Source: an uncultured delta proteobacterium
GTDB lineage: Bacteria > Myxococcota_A > Polyangia > Polyangiales > JAFGIB01
Direction: 5' to 3'
Assembly (NCBI GenBank): GCA_963778655.1
Contig: CAVZVA010000003.1
Span: 704,001-768,000 of the forward strand
Length of the DNA: 64,000 nucleotides
The position numbers were made by a program, and so were the translations under genes. The number at the start of each line of letters is the position of its first letter. Within the stretch, counting starts at the first letter, position 1. The notes under the pieces were generated by a model. The model did no database searches. It worked only from the letters and a program-made list of their open reading frames with translations, and had not been told where the DNA came from. Below are positions 54,800 to 64,000 of the stretch, piece after piece.

Positions 54800-57700
54800 A
54801 TGAAACGCATCGGCTGTATCGCGGTGTGCTTGTTGGCCGGGGCCGGCGCGCTTTCGCCTGGCTCGGCGGCCGCGCAAAACGACCCGGACCTGCGCGAGAT
54901 CATCCCCTACCTGATGCTGGTGATCGACACCTCCGGCTCGATGGAACGCTTGACGTCGTGCACCTGCACCACGCCCGGCTGCACCGAATGCCTGCCCGAT
55001 TGTAGCTTGAGCAACGACGCCGGCGGCAATCCGCCGGTGGATGCAAACGGGCACGATCTCAAGAAGAACCGCTGGGCGACCACACTCGAAGCGCTCACGG
55101 GCACGTTCAAGGATTTCCAGTGCGAAGAGATCGCGCGCACCGCGGCCAACGGCATGACCTATGACGTGGGCTACTACCTCCCCTACCACCAGCCGTGGGA
55201 TTGCACCGGCCAGCTTCCAGGCACGCCCTGTGCGTACAACGCCACGGGCGTGTCCACCCTGGACCAGAATCACAACGGCATCCTCGACCAGTACGCCTCG
55301 CAGGTGCAGTTCGGTCTGATGACCTTCGACGGCTTCGACACCTATGTGGGCGCCTCCCCGCTGGTGCCGGTCTCGTCCTTCGACGACGCGCTCAGCAAGG
55401 ACGTGCAGGGGCTGTGGTCGTACGGCCCGATCGATCCCGCCAGCGGCAAGCAGGGGGTGACCTTTCACTATCCGAACTGCACCACCGACTACATGATCGA
55501 CACCGGCGCCCGCAGCCCGGCCGCCACCGAGGGCGGCCTGGTCTCGCTCAATTCCTGCTCCGGGCCCCCAAACAGCCCGGGCTGTCAGCCCTGGTGCTCG
55601 CAGTGCCCCGGCAGCCAGGCCAGCGTCAACCAGGACATCCAGACCGCCCTGCTCAAGGCTCGGCCCTACGGCGGCACGCCGATCGCGGCCTCGCTCGACG
55701 ATCTCTACTACCACCTCAAGCACGACCTGACCGATACCTTCGGCAGCTGTCGCAATCGCTTTGCGTTGCTGATGACCGACGGGTATCCGGATCTCGACTA
55801 CCGGGACTTCGGCTGCGATTGCCAGCAGACCCAGGATCCCTTGCAGCCGCACTACTGCGGCGACGATCCTAACGCCAGCATTCCCGGGGCGTTCCACTGC
55901 CCCTACCCCACGCCGGAAGACGTCGCCTCGGATCTGATCCTCGGCCGTGACGGCGACCCGGCGATGATCCAGCAGCTGTTCGTGGTCGGCCTTGCGGTCG
56001 ACGACGCCAACGTGCTCACCAAGCTCGACGCCATCGCCCACGCGGGCTGCCCCAACGCCACGGGGTGCGATACCGATGGCGACGGTCACGAAGCGCTGTT
56101 CGCCAATGACCTGAACAAGCTGGTGCAGAACCTGAGCGCTGTGATCAACTCGCTGATTCAGCCCGTCTCCCGCTCGGTGCCCGCGTTTGCGAGCGGGGGC
56201 GACGCGGCCACCAGCTCGCAAGTGCAGTACCAGATCAACACTGGATTCGACGTCGCGACCGATCCGGGCTTGCCGTGGACCGGCCGCATCGAACGGCGGC
56301 GCTTCACCTGCAGCAACGGAGCGCTGAGTGCCGGCAACATCGATCCGTTCGCTGGCGACCTGTTTCAGGACGTGATGAACAGCGGCTCCGAGCCCCAGCT
56401 CAACACCATCCTGCCGCCTTCGGGCTTCAACCTCGATGGTCCGCTGGATAAGGGCACGAGCACGGCTGCTTGCGGGGTCACCGGCTGCTCGCTCATCCGC
56501 CTCGAAGATGTGACGACGTACCCGAGCTTCGGGCTCACTGCCGGCGACGGGACCGGCTTCAACCAGCTGATGGACTGGATGTACGGCCGGAACGGGTCAG
56601 TCCGCGTCGGGCGGCGACTCGGAGACATATACCACTCGCAGCCGGCGATCGTCGGCGCGCCCCTGGTCGACAGCTCGGATGAGGCCTTCAATCTCTTCCG
56701 CCAGCGCGTCGAAGTGGCGACGCGACCCCTGATGCTCTACGTCGGGAGCAACGATGGCATCCTGCACGCGTTCTCGGTCGAGGACTACACGCCCCAGGGC
56801 GCCGCTGCCACGATCTACAGCCACTATGACGCCGGCCAGCAGGTGTGGGGCTTCGTGCCGCCGCTGCTGCTCAACGACATCAAGAACAACGAGAACGCGC
56901 ACCAGTTCACCCTGGACGGCTCGCCGGTGGTGAAGAACGTCTACTTCAGCAAGGCGCCGGGCGCGGACGCAACGGGTCAGGAGTACCACACCGTGTTGAT
57001 CACCGGCATGCGCGAGGGAGGCAACGCCTACATCGCGCTCGACGTGACCAATCCTGCCGCGCCGAAGTTTCTGTGGCAGTTCACCGACCCGCATATGGGC
57101 AAGACCTTCGGACAGGCCGCGATCGGTCAGGCCACGTTCATGGACAACAGCAGCGGCACGAACGCGGTCAAAAACGGCGCGGTCGCCATCCTGCCCGGCG
57201 GCGTGGGCGCGGTCGGAAACTCGGGCGTGGCGGGGGATTGCACCGACAACGGCGTCGCGACCTCGGTGCCGACCGATCCCACCGACGCGAACCAGGCCTA
57301 CCACAGCTTCTCCGAGATACCGGACGCGGCTGGCAACGCTCCCCATATACCGGTAAGGGCCGAGGTCCGGTGCTGGCAGGACATCGGCCGCGCGCTCTAC
57401 TTCGTGGACGTGGAGAACGGCCGCTTGCTCAAGAAGATCCACAAGGACGCAAGCGGAAAGCTGGTGTTTTCCTCACCGCTGGTGAGCACGCCGGCGCTGT
57501 TTTCGGGCGACATCGGCGCGGTGGCGTCGCGCGCGTTCATCACGGACGCCGACGGCGTCATCTGGCGCGTCGACCTCAGCTCGGCCGACCAGAAGAACAC
57601 CATCATCAACGCGGGCGACCAGAGCGGCGACCCCACGATCGGCTGGGTCGCGCGACCGTTCCACGACATCTTCTGGGACAAGGGCCCGGGCGACGGCGAG

Positions 57701-58456
57701 CTGAGCTACGAAGCCCCCCTGCTGTCGGTCGACGACCAGGGACAGCTGGTGGTGATCGTGGGCACCGGCGACAACAACAACTTCGTCAAGCCCACCGTTG
57801 AGAACCGCGTGGTGTCGCTGCGCGAGGTGATCGACTCGAGCGTCGGTGTAACTCCCGACACCCCGCAGAGCTACAAGGCGGCGCTCAACTGGGAATATCG
57901 GGTCAAACCCACGGGGGGCTTGGTCCCGAGCGAGCTCGTCACCGGAAGCATGGGCTTGCTCGACGGGCAGCTCTTCTTCGGCACATTCATCGCGGTCAGC
58001 GGCGGCGACGCCTGCGACCTCGGCAAGGGCCGCATTCACGCCGTGGATTATCTGGCTCGCGATCTCAACGACTCCAACCAAACCACCCCCCTGACCTATG
58101 GGCCGCGCCTGCTCACGGCGACCGAGCTCGGGCTGGATAGCGCGGGCCAATCGGTGATCAACGTCGACGCCTCGGCCGCGCTCGACAACTTCATGGTGAT
58201 GGGCCTCGGCGTCACGGAGCGACCGACCTGCAGCGTCTTCGACACCAACGACTTCAGCGTGTTTGGCCAGGGCGTACCGGGCATGAGCACGCTGAACCCG
58301 CCCGCGATCTACCTCGTGGCGCAGGCCAGCGGCGACAAGGGCGCGACCAGCCTGATCCAGAAGCACGGCGGCTCCGCGCTCGGCAGCATCGAGCTTCAGT
58401 TGCAGAAGAAGGCGACCTCCAGCCGGGTATTGTCATGGGCGACCACCATCGATTGA
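54800..58456 (+). CDS. pilY1: PilY1-like pilus tip adhesin (Cys-rich vWA + beta-propeller)
   Basis: Signal peptide; MIDAS DTSGS, 'GGTPI', 'LMTDG'; 'LGDIYHSQP', 'YVGSNDGILHAF', 'DGSP', 'ALDVTNP..PKFLWQF'. Confidence 0.9.
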   Translation: MKRIGCIAVCLLAGAGALSPGSAAAQNDPDLREIIPYLMLVIDTSGSMERLTSCTCTTPGCTECLPDCSLSNDAGGNPPVDANGHDLKKNRWATTLEALTGTFKDFQCEEIARTAANGMTYDVGYYLPYHQPWDCTGQLPGTPCAYNATGVSTLDQNHNGILDQYASQVQFGLMTFDGFDTYVGASPLVPVSSFDDALSKDVQGLWSYGPIDPASGKQGVTFHYPNCTTDYMIDTGARSPAATEGGLVSLNSCSGPPNSPGCQPWCSQCPGSQASVNQDIQTALLKARPYGGTPIAASLDDLYYHLKHDLTDTFGSCRNRFALLMTDGYPDLDYRDFGCDCQQTQDPLQPHYCGDDPNASIPGAFHCPYPTPEDVASDLILGRDGDPAMIQQLFVVGLAVDDANVLTKLDAIAHAGCPNATGCDTDGDGHEALFANDLNKLVQNLSAVINSLIQPVSRSVPAFASGGDAATSSQVQYQINTGFDVATDPGLPWTGRIERRRFTCSNGALSAGNIDPFAGDLFQDVMNSGSEPQLNTILPPSGFNLDGPLDKGTSTAACGVTGCSLIRLEDVTTYPSFGLTAGDGTGFNQLMDWMYGRNGSVRVGRRLGDIYHSQPAIVGAPLVDSSDEAFNLFRQRVEVATRPLMLYVGSNDGILHAFSVEDYTPQGAAATIYSHYDAGQQVWGFVPPLLLNDIKNNENAHQFTLDGSPVVKNVYFSKAPGADATGQEYHTVLITGMREGGNAYIALDVTNPAAPKFLWQFTDPHMGKTFGQAAIGQATFMDNSSGTNAVKNGAVAILPGGVGAVGNSGVAGDCTDNGVATSVPTDPTDANQAYHSFSEIPDAAGNAPHIPVRAEVRCWQDIGRALYFVDVENGRLLKKIHKDASGKLVFSSPLVSTPALFSGDIGAVASRAFITDADGVIWRVDLSSADQKNTIINAGDQSGDPTIGWVARPFHDIFWDKGPGDGELSYEAPLLSVDDQGQLVVIVGTGDNNNFVKPTVENRVVSLREVIDSSVGVTPDTPQSYKAALNWEYRVKPTGGLVPSELVTGSMGLLDGQLFFGTFIAVSGGDACDLGKGRIHAVDYLARDLNDSNQTTPLTYGPRLLTATELGLDSAGQSVINVDASAALDNFMVMGLGVTERPTCSVFDTNDFSVFGQGVPGMSTLNPPAIYLVAQASGDKGATSLIQKHGGSALGSIELQLQKKATSSRVLSWATTID

Positions 58457-58998
58457 CACGACCGGCGATCGGCTTACTGCTCGGGCTGGCCGCCGGCACA
58501 GCCGGCTCCGGCTGCAAGCACGAGCAGCCGAGCGAGCAGGCGCAACGCCGCGTGCTGCTCACGCCGCCCGACACCAGGCGAAATCTGCAGAAGCAACGCG
58601 AAAAGCAGCAGGTGCTGGACGCCAAGGGCAACCTGATCCCCTCCGATCAGGTGGTGGCGGGGATCGTCATGCCGCGCGGCCTCGAGCTCTACGCGAGCTC
58701 CGAGCACGATTGGGACTTCAAGGCGCACCACGTGCCGGCCGACGCGCTCGAGCGCTACTTCGCGCCGCGCCTGCTGGCGACCGGCGTCACGCACAGCCTG
58801 GGCGGAGCGGTCACCTTCGAGAAGGCACAGCCCAAGGACAACCCCAAGTCGCCGCTGGTGCAGCTGCGCATCGTGAGGTTGCGCGGCGAGCTCGACGAGA
58901 GCGAGCTGTTTCTGCGCCAGGCGGTGCCGGGCAAGGTGTACCCGAGCGGCGCCGAGGCCGAAGCCCAGCTGCAAGCGCGGCGCGCGCACGCGGAGTAA
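58453..58998 (+). CDS. Hypothetical lipoprotein
   Basis: TTG overlaps the pilY1 stop; lipobox-like GSGC. Confidence 0.6.
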   Translation: MTRPAIGLLLGLAAGTAGSGCKHEQPSEQAQRRVLLTPPDTRRNLQKQREKQQVLDAKGNLIPSDQVVAGIVMPRGLELYASSEHDWDFKAHHVPADALERYFAPRLLATGVTHSLGGAVTFEKAQPKDNPKSPLVQLRIVRLRGELDESELFLRQAVPGKVYPSGAEAEAQLQARRAHAE

Positions 58999-59099
58999 CG
59001 GCCACGCGCGCGACGCGCACAGGCGCCGTCAGGCCGTCGCCCGAAGCAAGCCCGCACGGGCGATCTTCATCCGGCCTTCCCGCCTTCCTGTTTCTCCGC

Positions 59100-60176
59100 C
59101 TAGGCCGGTAGCAGGGCGCGCAGCGCCGACAGCAGTCGGGCGTTCTGCTCGGGCGTGCCGACGGTGATGCGCAGCGAATCGCGCAGGCGCGGCTCCGGGA
59201 AGTGGCGCACCAGCACCCCGCGCTGCTCGAGCCCCTGCTGCAGGCCGGGCGCGGAGGCGGCGCGCGGCGCGCGCGCCAGGACGAAATTGGTCTGGCTCGG
59301 CGGCAGCTCGAAGCCGAGCGCGCGCAGCTCGGCGCCCAGTCGCTCGCGCTCGGCGCGAACCTTGCGCCAGCTGTGCTCGGCCTCCGCCCGCTGCTCGAGC
59401 GCGACCGTGGCCAGGCGCTGGGCCACGGCGTCGACGTTGTAGCTGTCGCGGGTCTTCCACAACATCGGCGCGATCAGCGAGGCCGCACCCAACCCGTAAC
59501 CGAAGCGCAGCCCGGCCAGGCTGTAGCCCTTGCTCAACGTGCGCAACAGCAGCAGGTTGTCGTGGGCCGCGAGCAACGCGACCATGTCGTGGCCGAGCGC
59601 CGGATCGACGAAGTCGACGTACGCCTCGTCGACCAGCAGCACGCCCCGAAACGCGCGCGCCAGCCGCGCGAGCTCGGCGGCCGCAAGCAGGTTGCCCGAG
59701 GGCGCGTGGGGATTGACCAGCAGCAGCAGCTGCGCACCGCCGTCGTTCATCTGCGCGGCGAGATCCGCAGGCGGCGACCAGTCGGCGCCGGCCTCGGCCG
59801 CGAGCACCGGGCTACCGTGGATCTGCGCCAGCACCGGATACAGTGAGTAGCTGGGCGCGACCACGCCGATCGGCGCGCCCGGCTCGACGAAGGTCGTGAG
59901 CGCCAGGCGCAGCAGCTCGTCGCCCCCGTTGACGGCGATCAGCTGCTCCGGGCCGAGGCCGTGCATGGCCGCGGCCACCTCGCGAAAGCCCTCGGCGCTC
60001 GGCGGCGGGTAGCGCCGCAGCGCCTCCGGCCCGATCGCGCGCAGGGCCTCCATCACCGCCTGGCACGGCGGGTAGGGGTTCTCGTTGGTGTTGAGCTTGA
60101 TGGTGTCGCTCGAGGCCGGCTGCTTGCCCGGCACGTAACCCTGCATGGCGGCGATGTTGGCGCGCTCGTAACCCAT
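59100..60176 (-). CDS. hisC: Histidinol-phosphate aminotransferase
   Basis: 'YVPGKQP..IKLNTNENPYPP', 'NGGDE', 'VDEAYVDF', 'RTLSKGYSLAGLRFGY', 'LRITVGT'. Confidence 0.95.
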   Translation of the reverse strand: MGYERANIAAMQGYVPGKQPASSDTIKLNTNENPYPPCQAVMEALRAIGPEALRRYPPPSAEGFREVAAAMHGLGPEQLIAVNGGDELLRLALTTFVEPGAPIGVVAPSYSLYPVLAQIHGSPVLAAEAGADWSPPADLAAQMNDGGAQLLLLVNPHAPSGNLLAAAELARLARAFRGVLLVDEAYVDFVDPALGHDMVALLAAHDNLLLLRTLSKGYSLAGLRFGYGLGAASLIAPMLWKTRDSYNVDAVAQRLATVALEQRAEAEHSWRKVRAERERLGAELRALGFELPPSQTNFVLARAPRAASAPGLQQGLEQRGVLVRHFPEPRLRDSLRITVGTPEQNARLLSALRALLPA

Positions 60177-60277
60177 GTCGATCCCTGGCCCGAGGCGGCC
60201 GGCGCCGGCCGCCGCGCGGCCCGCCTTCCATACCACGGGCCCCGCCGCGAGTCCGAGCGGGTTTACGCTATAGTTGG

Positions 60278-60787
60278 ATGGCGATGGCACTCGATCCCAA
60301 GCTCTACAAGGACGCGCTCAGCCACTTCGCGAGCGGCGTCACGGTGGTCACCACGATGTACGAGGGGGCGCCGCACGGGCTCACCGTCAGCGCGTTCAGC
60401 TCGGTCAGCGCCGACCCGCCCAAGGTGCTGGTGTGCCTGGGCAACGAGACCGACAGCAAGCCGCGCGTCTCGCAGGCCGGCTGCTTCGCCGTCCACATTC
60501 TGGGCCGCGACCAGGCCGCGCTCGGCGTCCGCTTCGCCAAGCTGCAGGACGTGCAGGCCGACCCCTTCGAGGGGCTGGGCTACCGCGTCGAGCGCACCGG
60601 CAGCCCCGTGCTCGCCGAATGCCTGGCGTGGCTGGACTGCCGCGTCGAGCACACGCTCGAGGTGGGTGACCACACCGTGTTCGTGGGCGCGGTCGAGGCC
60701 GTGGGTGGCGGCGCGACGGCCGGCGAGCCGGTGCTCTACTACCGCCGCTCCTGGCGCGTGCTGCACCCGAGCTCGCTCAAGCTCTGA
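60278..60787 (+). CDS. Flavin reductase family protein
   Basis: 'FASGVTVVT', 'GLTVSAFSSVSADPP', 'GDHTVFVG'. Confidence 0.93.
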   Translation: MAMALDPKLYKDALSHFASGVTVVTTMYEGAPHGLTVSAFSSVSADPPKVLVCLGNETDSKPRVSQAGCFAVHILGRDQAALGVRFAKLQDVQADPFEGLGYRVERTGSPVLAECLAWLDCRVEHTLEVGDHTVFVGAVEAVGGGATAGEPVLYYRRSWRVLHPSSLKL

Positions 60788-60906
60788 GCACCGGCAGCGG
60801 CACCCCAGAGCGCGCGCGGCGGCCGTTCCACCCTGCTTGCCGGGGCTCGTCCGATCTGTTAACTTGCCGCGCGTACCAGGCACGGATTTCCGTGATTTAT
60901 CTTTAG

Positions 60907-61992
<1,086 letters not shown>

Positions 61993-62016
61993 CAGCATGA
62001 CGAGCGGGGTCGCATC

Positions 62017-62886
62017 ATGACCTTCTACCGCCGCTTTCGCGATGCCGCCGTGTGCGTGGCCCTGCTCGCCCTGCCCTTCTTCTTCCTGCACGCCAACCTC
62101 AAGGATCCGTCGCAGACCACGGTCGTCGACCGCGCCATCCTGCAAATCAGCGCGCCGATTCAGTACGTCGCGACCCAGCTCGCGGGCGGGGTGAGCGGAA
62201 TCTTCGAGCAGTACTTCTACCTGGTCGATGTCAACGCTGATAACGATCGGCTGCGGGCCGAGAACGCGCGCCTGCGCGATGCCAACTTCAAGCTGCAGGC
62301 CGCGGCGAGCGAGAACCGCGAGCTGCGCCGCCTGCTGCAGCTGCGCCAGCAGCTCAAAGGCTCGCTGCTGAGCGCCCAGGTCATCGGCAAGGAGATCAGC
62401 CAGTTCTTCCGGGTGATCCGGCTGCGGCTCGACCGCGGCGAGCGCGACCGCGTACGTCCTGGCATGCCGGTGCTGACCGCGGACGGGCTGGTGGGACAGG
62501 TGCGCCGCACCTGGGGCCGCAACAGCGATGTGCTGCTGGTCGCCGACAAGACCAGCGCAATCGACGTGGTGATCCAGCGCTCGGGCGCGCGCGGCATGCT
62601 CAAGGGCACCGGCAGCGCGGACAGCTACGTCTGCCGACTCGAGCACCTCAACCGCGAGGACGACGTGCAGGTCGGCGATCTGGTGGTGACCTCGGGGCTC
62701 GGCCAGCGTTTTCCGGCCTCGATCCTGGTCGGCCGTATCAAGAAGGTGCAGAAGAAGGACTACGGCCTGTACCAGGACGCGACCGTCACGCCGGCGGTGA
62801 GCTTCTCGCGCCTGGACGAGGTGCTGATCCTGACCTCGGGCTCGCGCGGCCAGAACGCCCAGGCGCCGGCCGGCGACCTGGAGTGA
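62017..62886 (+). CDS. mreC: Rod shape-determining protein MreC
   Basis: TM segment + coiled coil 'ENRELRRLL'; 'GLVGQV'; 'GDLVVTSGLG..FP'; synteny. Confidence 0.95.
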   Translation: MTFYRRFRDAAVCVALLALPFFFLHANLKDPSQTTVVDRAILQISAPIQYVATQLAGGVSGIFEQYFYLVDVNADNDRLRAENARLRDANFKLQAAASENRELRRLLQLRQQLKGSLLSAQVIGKEISQFFRVIRLRLDRGERDRVRPGMPVLTADGLVGQVRRTWGRNSDVLLVADKTSAIDVVIQRSGARGMLKGTGSADSYVCRLEHLNREDDVQVGDLVVTSGLGQRFPASILVGRIKKVQKKDYGLYQDATVTPAVSFSRLDEVLILTSGSRGQNAQAPAGDLE

Positions 62887-62898
62887 GACGCAATCGCA

Positions 62899-63432
62899 AT
62901 GAGCTTCGTGCTGCTGGTCGGGTTCGGGTTTCTGCTGCTGGTGCTGGAGACGGCGGTGGCGACCCTGGTGCCGATGTTCAGCTTCGCCCCGAACCTGCTG
63001 TTGCCGATCGTCATCTACCTGGGCGTCTCTGCGGACGTCCAGATCGTGCGCGGCGCCCTGGTCAGCTTTGCGCTCGGCTACCTGCTCGACTCGTTTTGCG
63101 GCAACCCGATGGGCCTGCAGACCTTCGTGCTCACGGCCAGCTTCATGGTGGCGCGCGGGGCGGGCGTGCGGCTGTTCCCGCAAGGACCGGTGTTCCAGAT
63201 CTTGCTGACCTTCCTGATGGCCGCGGCCTTCGGGGCCACGGTGCTGGCGCTGCGGGCGATCTTCGAGCAGCCTTCGATACCTGCGCTGAGCGCGGGCGCC
63301 GGGGACACCCTGCAGATCTTGCTCAAATCGTCTGCGTCCACGGCCCTGGTCAGCCCGCTGGTCTTCGCCGGGACGCGCAAGGTGCGCACGCTCGGCGCCG
63401 GCAAACGCGAGGAAAGGACGGTATCGAGCTGA
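62899..63432 (+). CDS. mreD: Rod shape-determining protein MreD
   Basis: Hydrophobic protein between mreC and mrdA; 'PNL', 'GYLLD'. Confidence 0.88.
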   Translation: MSFVLLVGFGFLLLVLETAVATLVPMFSFAPNLLLPIVIYLGVSADVQIVRGALVSFALGYLLDSFCGNPMGLQTFVLTASFMVARGAGVRLFPQGPVFQILLTFLMAAAFGATVLALRAIFEQPSIPALSAGAGDTLQILLKSSASTALVSPLVFAGTRKVRTLGAGKREERTVSS

Positions 63433-63459
63433 TGCCGCTTGCGGCCCAGAGATGACGGA

Positions 63460-64000
63460 ATGACGATGCTTTCGGTTCGCCGCGAAGTCGGCGAATTCAG
63501 AAAACGCTACAAGTGGATGGCGCTGTGCGTGCTGCTGTCCATGGCCGGCATCGTCGTGCGCCTGGTGCACCTGCAGCTGATCGAGCACAGCCACTGGGCC
63601 GCCGAAGCGCGGCGCAATATCACGCGCCGCATGCGGATTCCGGCCACGCGCGGGTTGATCCGCGACATGCACGGCAAGGTCGTCGCCGGCAACCGCGCGG
63701 CGTACAACGTCTATCTGACCCCGCAGCTGCTGGACCGCAGCGACGTCGAGCTGTTCGCCAAGCTGATGGGCTTCGACGACGATCAGAAGGCGGACCTGCG
63801 CGCGCGGCTGGCCGCGATCCCGGAACGGCGCCGCTCCCACGTGGTCGAGCTGTACAGCGACATCACGCGCGTGCAGCTGGCGGCGCTCGAAACCCACAAG
63901 CGCGAGATCTCCGGCTTGCAGATCCTGGCCGTGCCCGTGCGCGCCTACGCCTTCGGCAGCCTGGCCGCGCACGCCATCGGCTACCTCAACGAGGTCAACG
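63460..64000 (+). CDS. mrdA: Penicillin-binding protein 2 (runs off the window)
   Basis: MTMLSVRREVGEFRKRY, TM, 'RLVHLQL...IPATRGLIRDMHGKVVAGNR...PVRAY...AAHAIGYLNEV'. Confidence 0.92.
   Translation, partial: MTMLSVRREVGEFRKRYKWMALCVLLSMAGIVVRLVHLQLIEHSHWAAEARRNITRRMRIPATRGLIRDMHGKVVAGNRAAYNVYLTPQLLDRSDVELFAKLMGFDDDQKADLRARLAAIPERRRSHVVELYSDITRVQLAALETHKREISGLQILAVPVRAYAFGSLAAHAIGYLNEVN

Overview
High-GC bacterial DNA with strong myxobacterial hallmarks: Gly/Cys-rich lipoproteins, MYXO-CTERM-like tails, DUF2330 and a PilY1 cluster. The window has three zones. (1) 1-31.9 kb is accessory DNA: a pentaheme cytochrome c lipoprotein, a Czc-type RND pump, several secreted hydrolases (one PETase/cutinase-like), a wHTH-AAA regulator, two paralogous 'multi-HTH regulator + Cys-rich lipoprotein' cassettes, decayed toxin-antitoxin genes and an SDR/acyl-CoA dehydrogenase pair. 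The intergenic DNA here is a patchwork of short gene fragments, some copied from elsewhere in the window. (2) About 32.0-50.9 kb is an ~19 kb island integrated in the 3' end of tRNA-Leu(CAG), bounded by a 53-bp direct repeat. It carries an xis-int-(HTH+Rep_trans-like) core interrupted by an IS21 element, a serine recombinase, and defence-like cargo: a HEPN-motif protein, an HTH-IrrE pair, an FRG protein and a HipA-like kinase + DUF3037. A relic integrase tail and arm-like repeats just outside the left att suggest an older tandem island. (3) 51-64 kb is core chromosome: type IV minor pilins/PilY1, hisC, a flavin reductase and mreBCD-mrdA. All family assignments come from motif recognition by eye, with no database searches.
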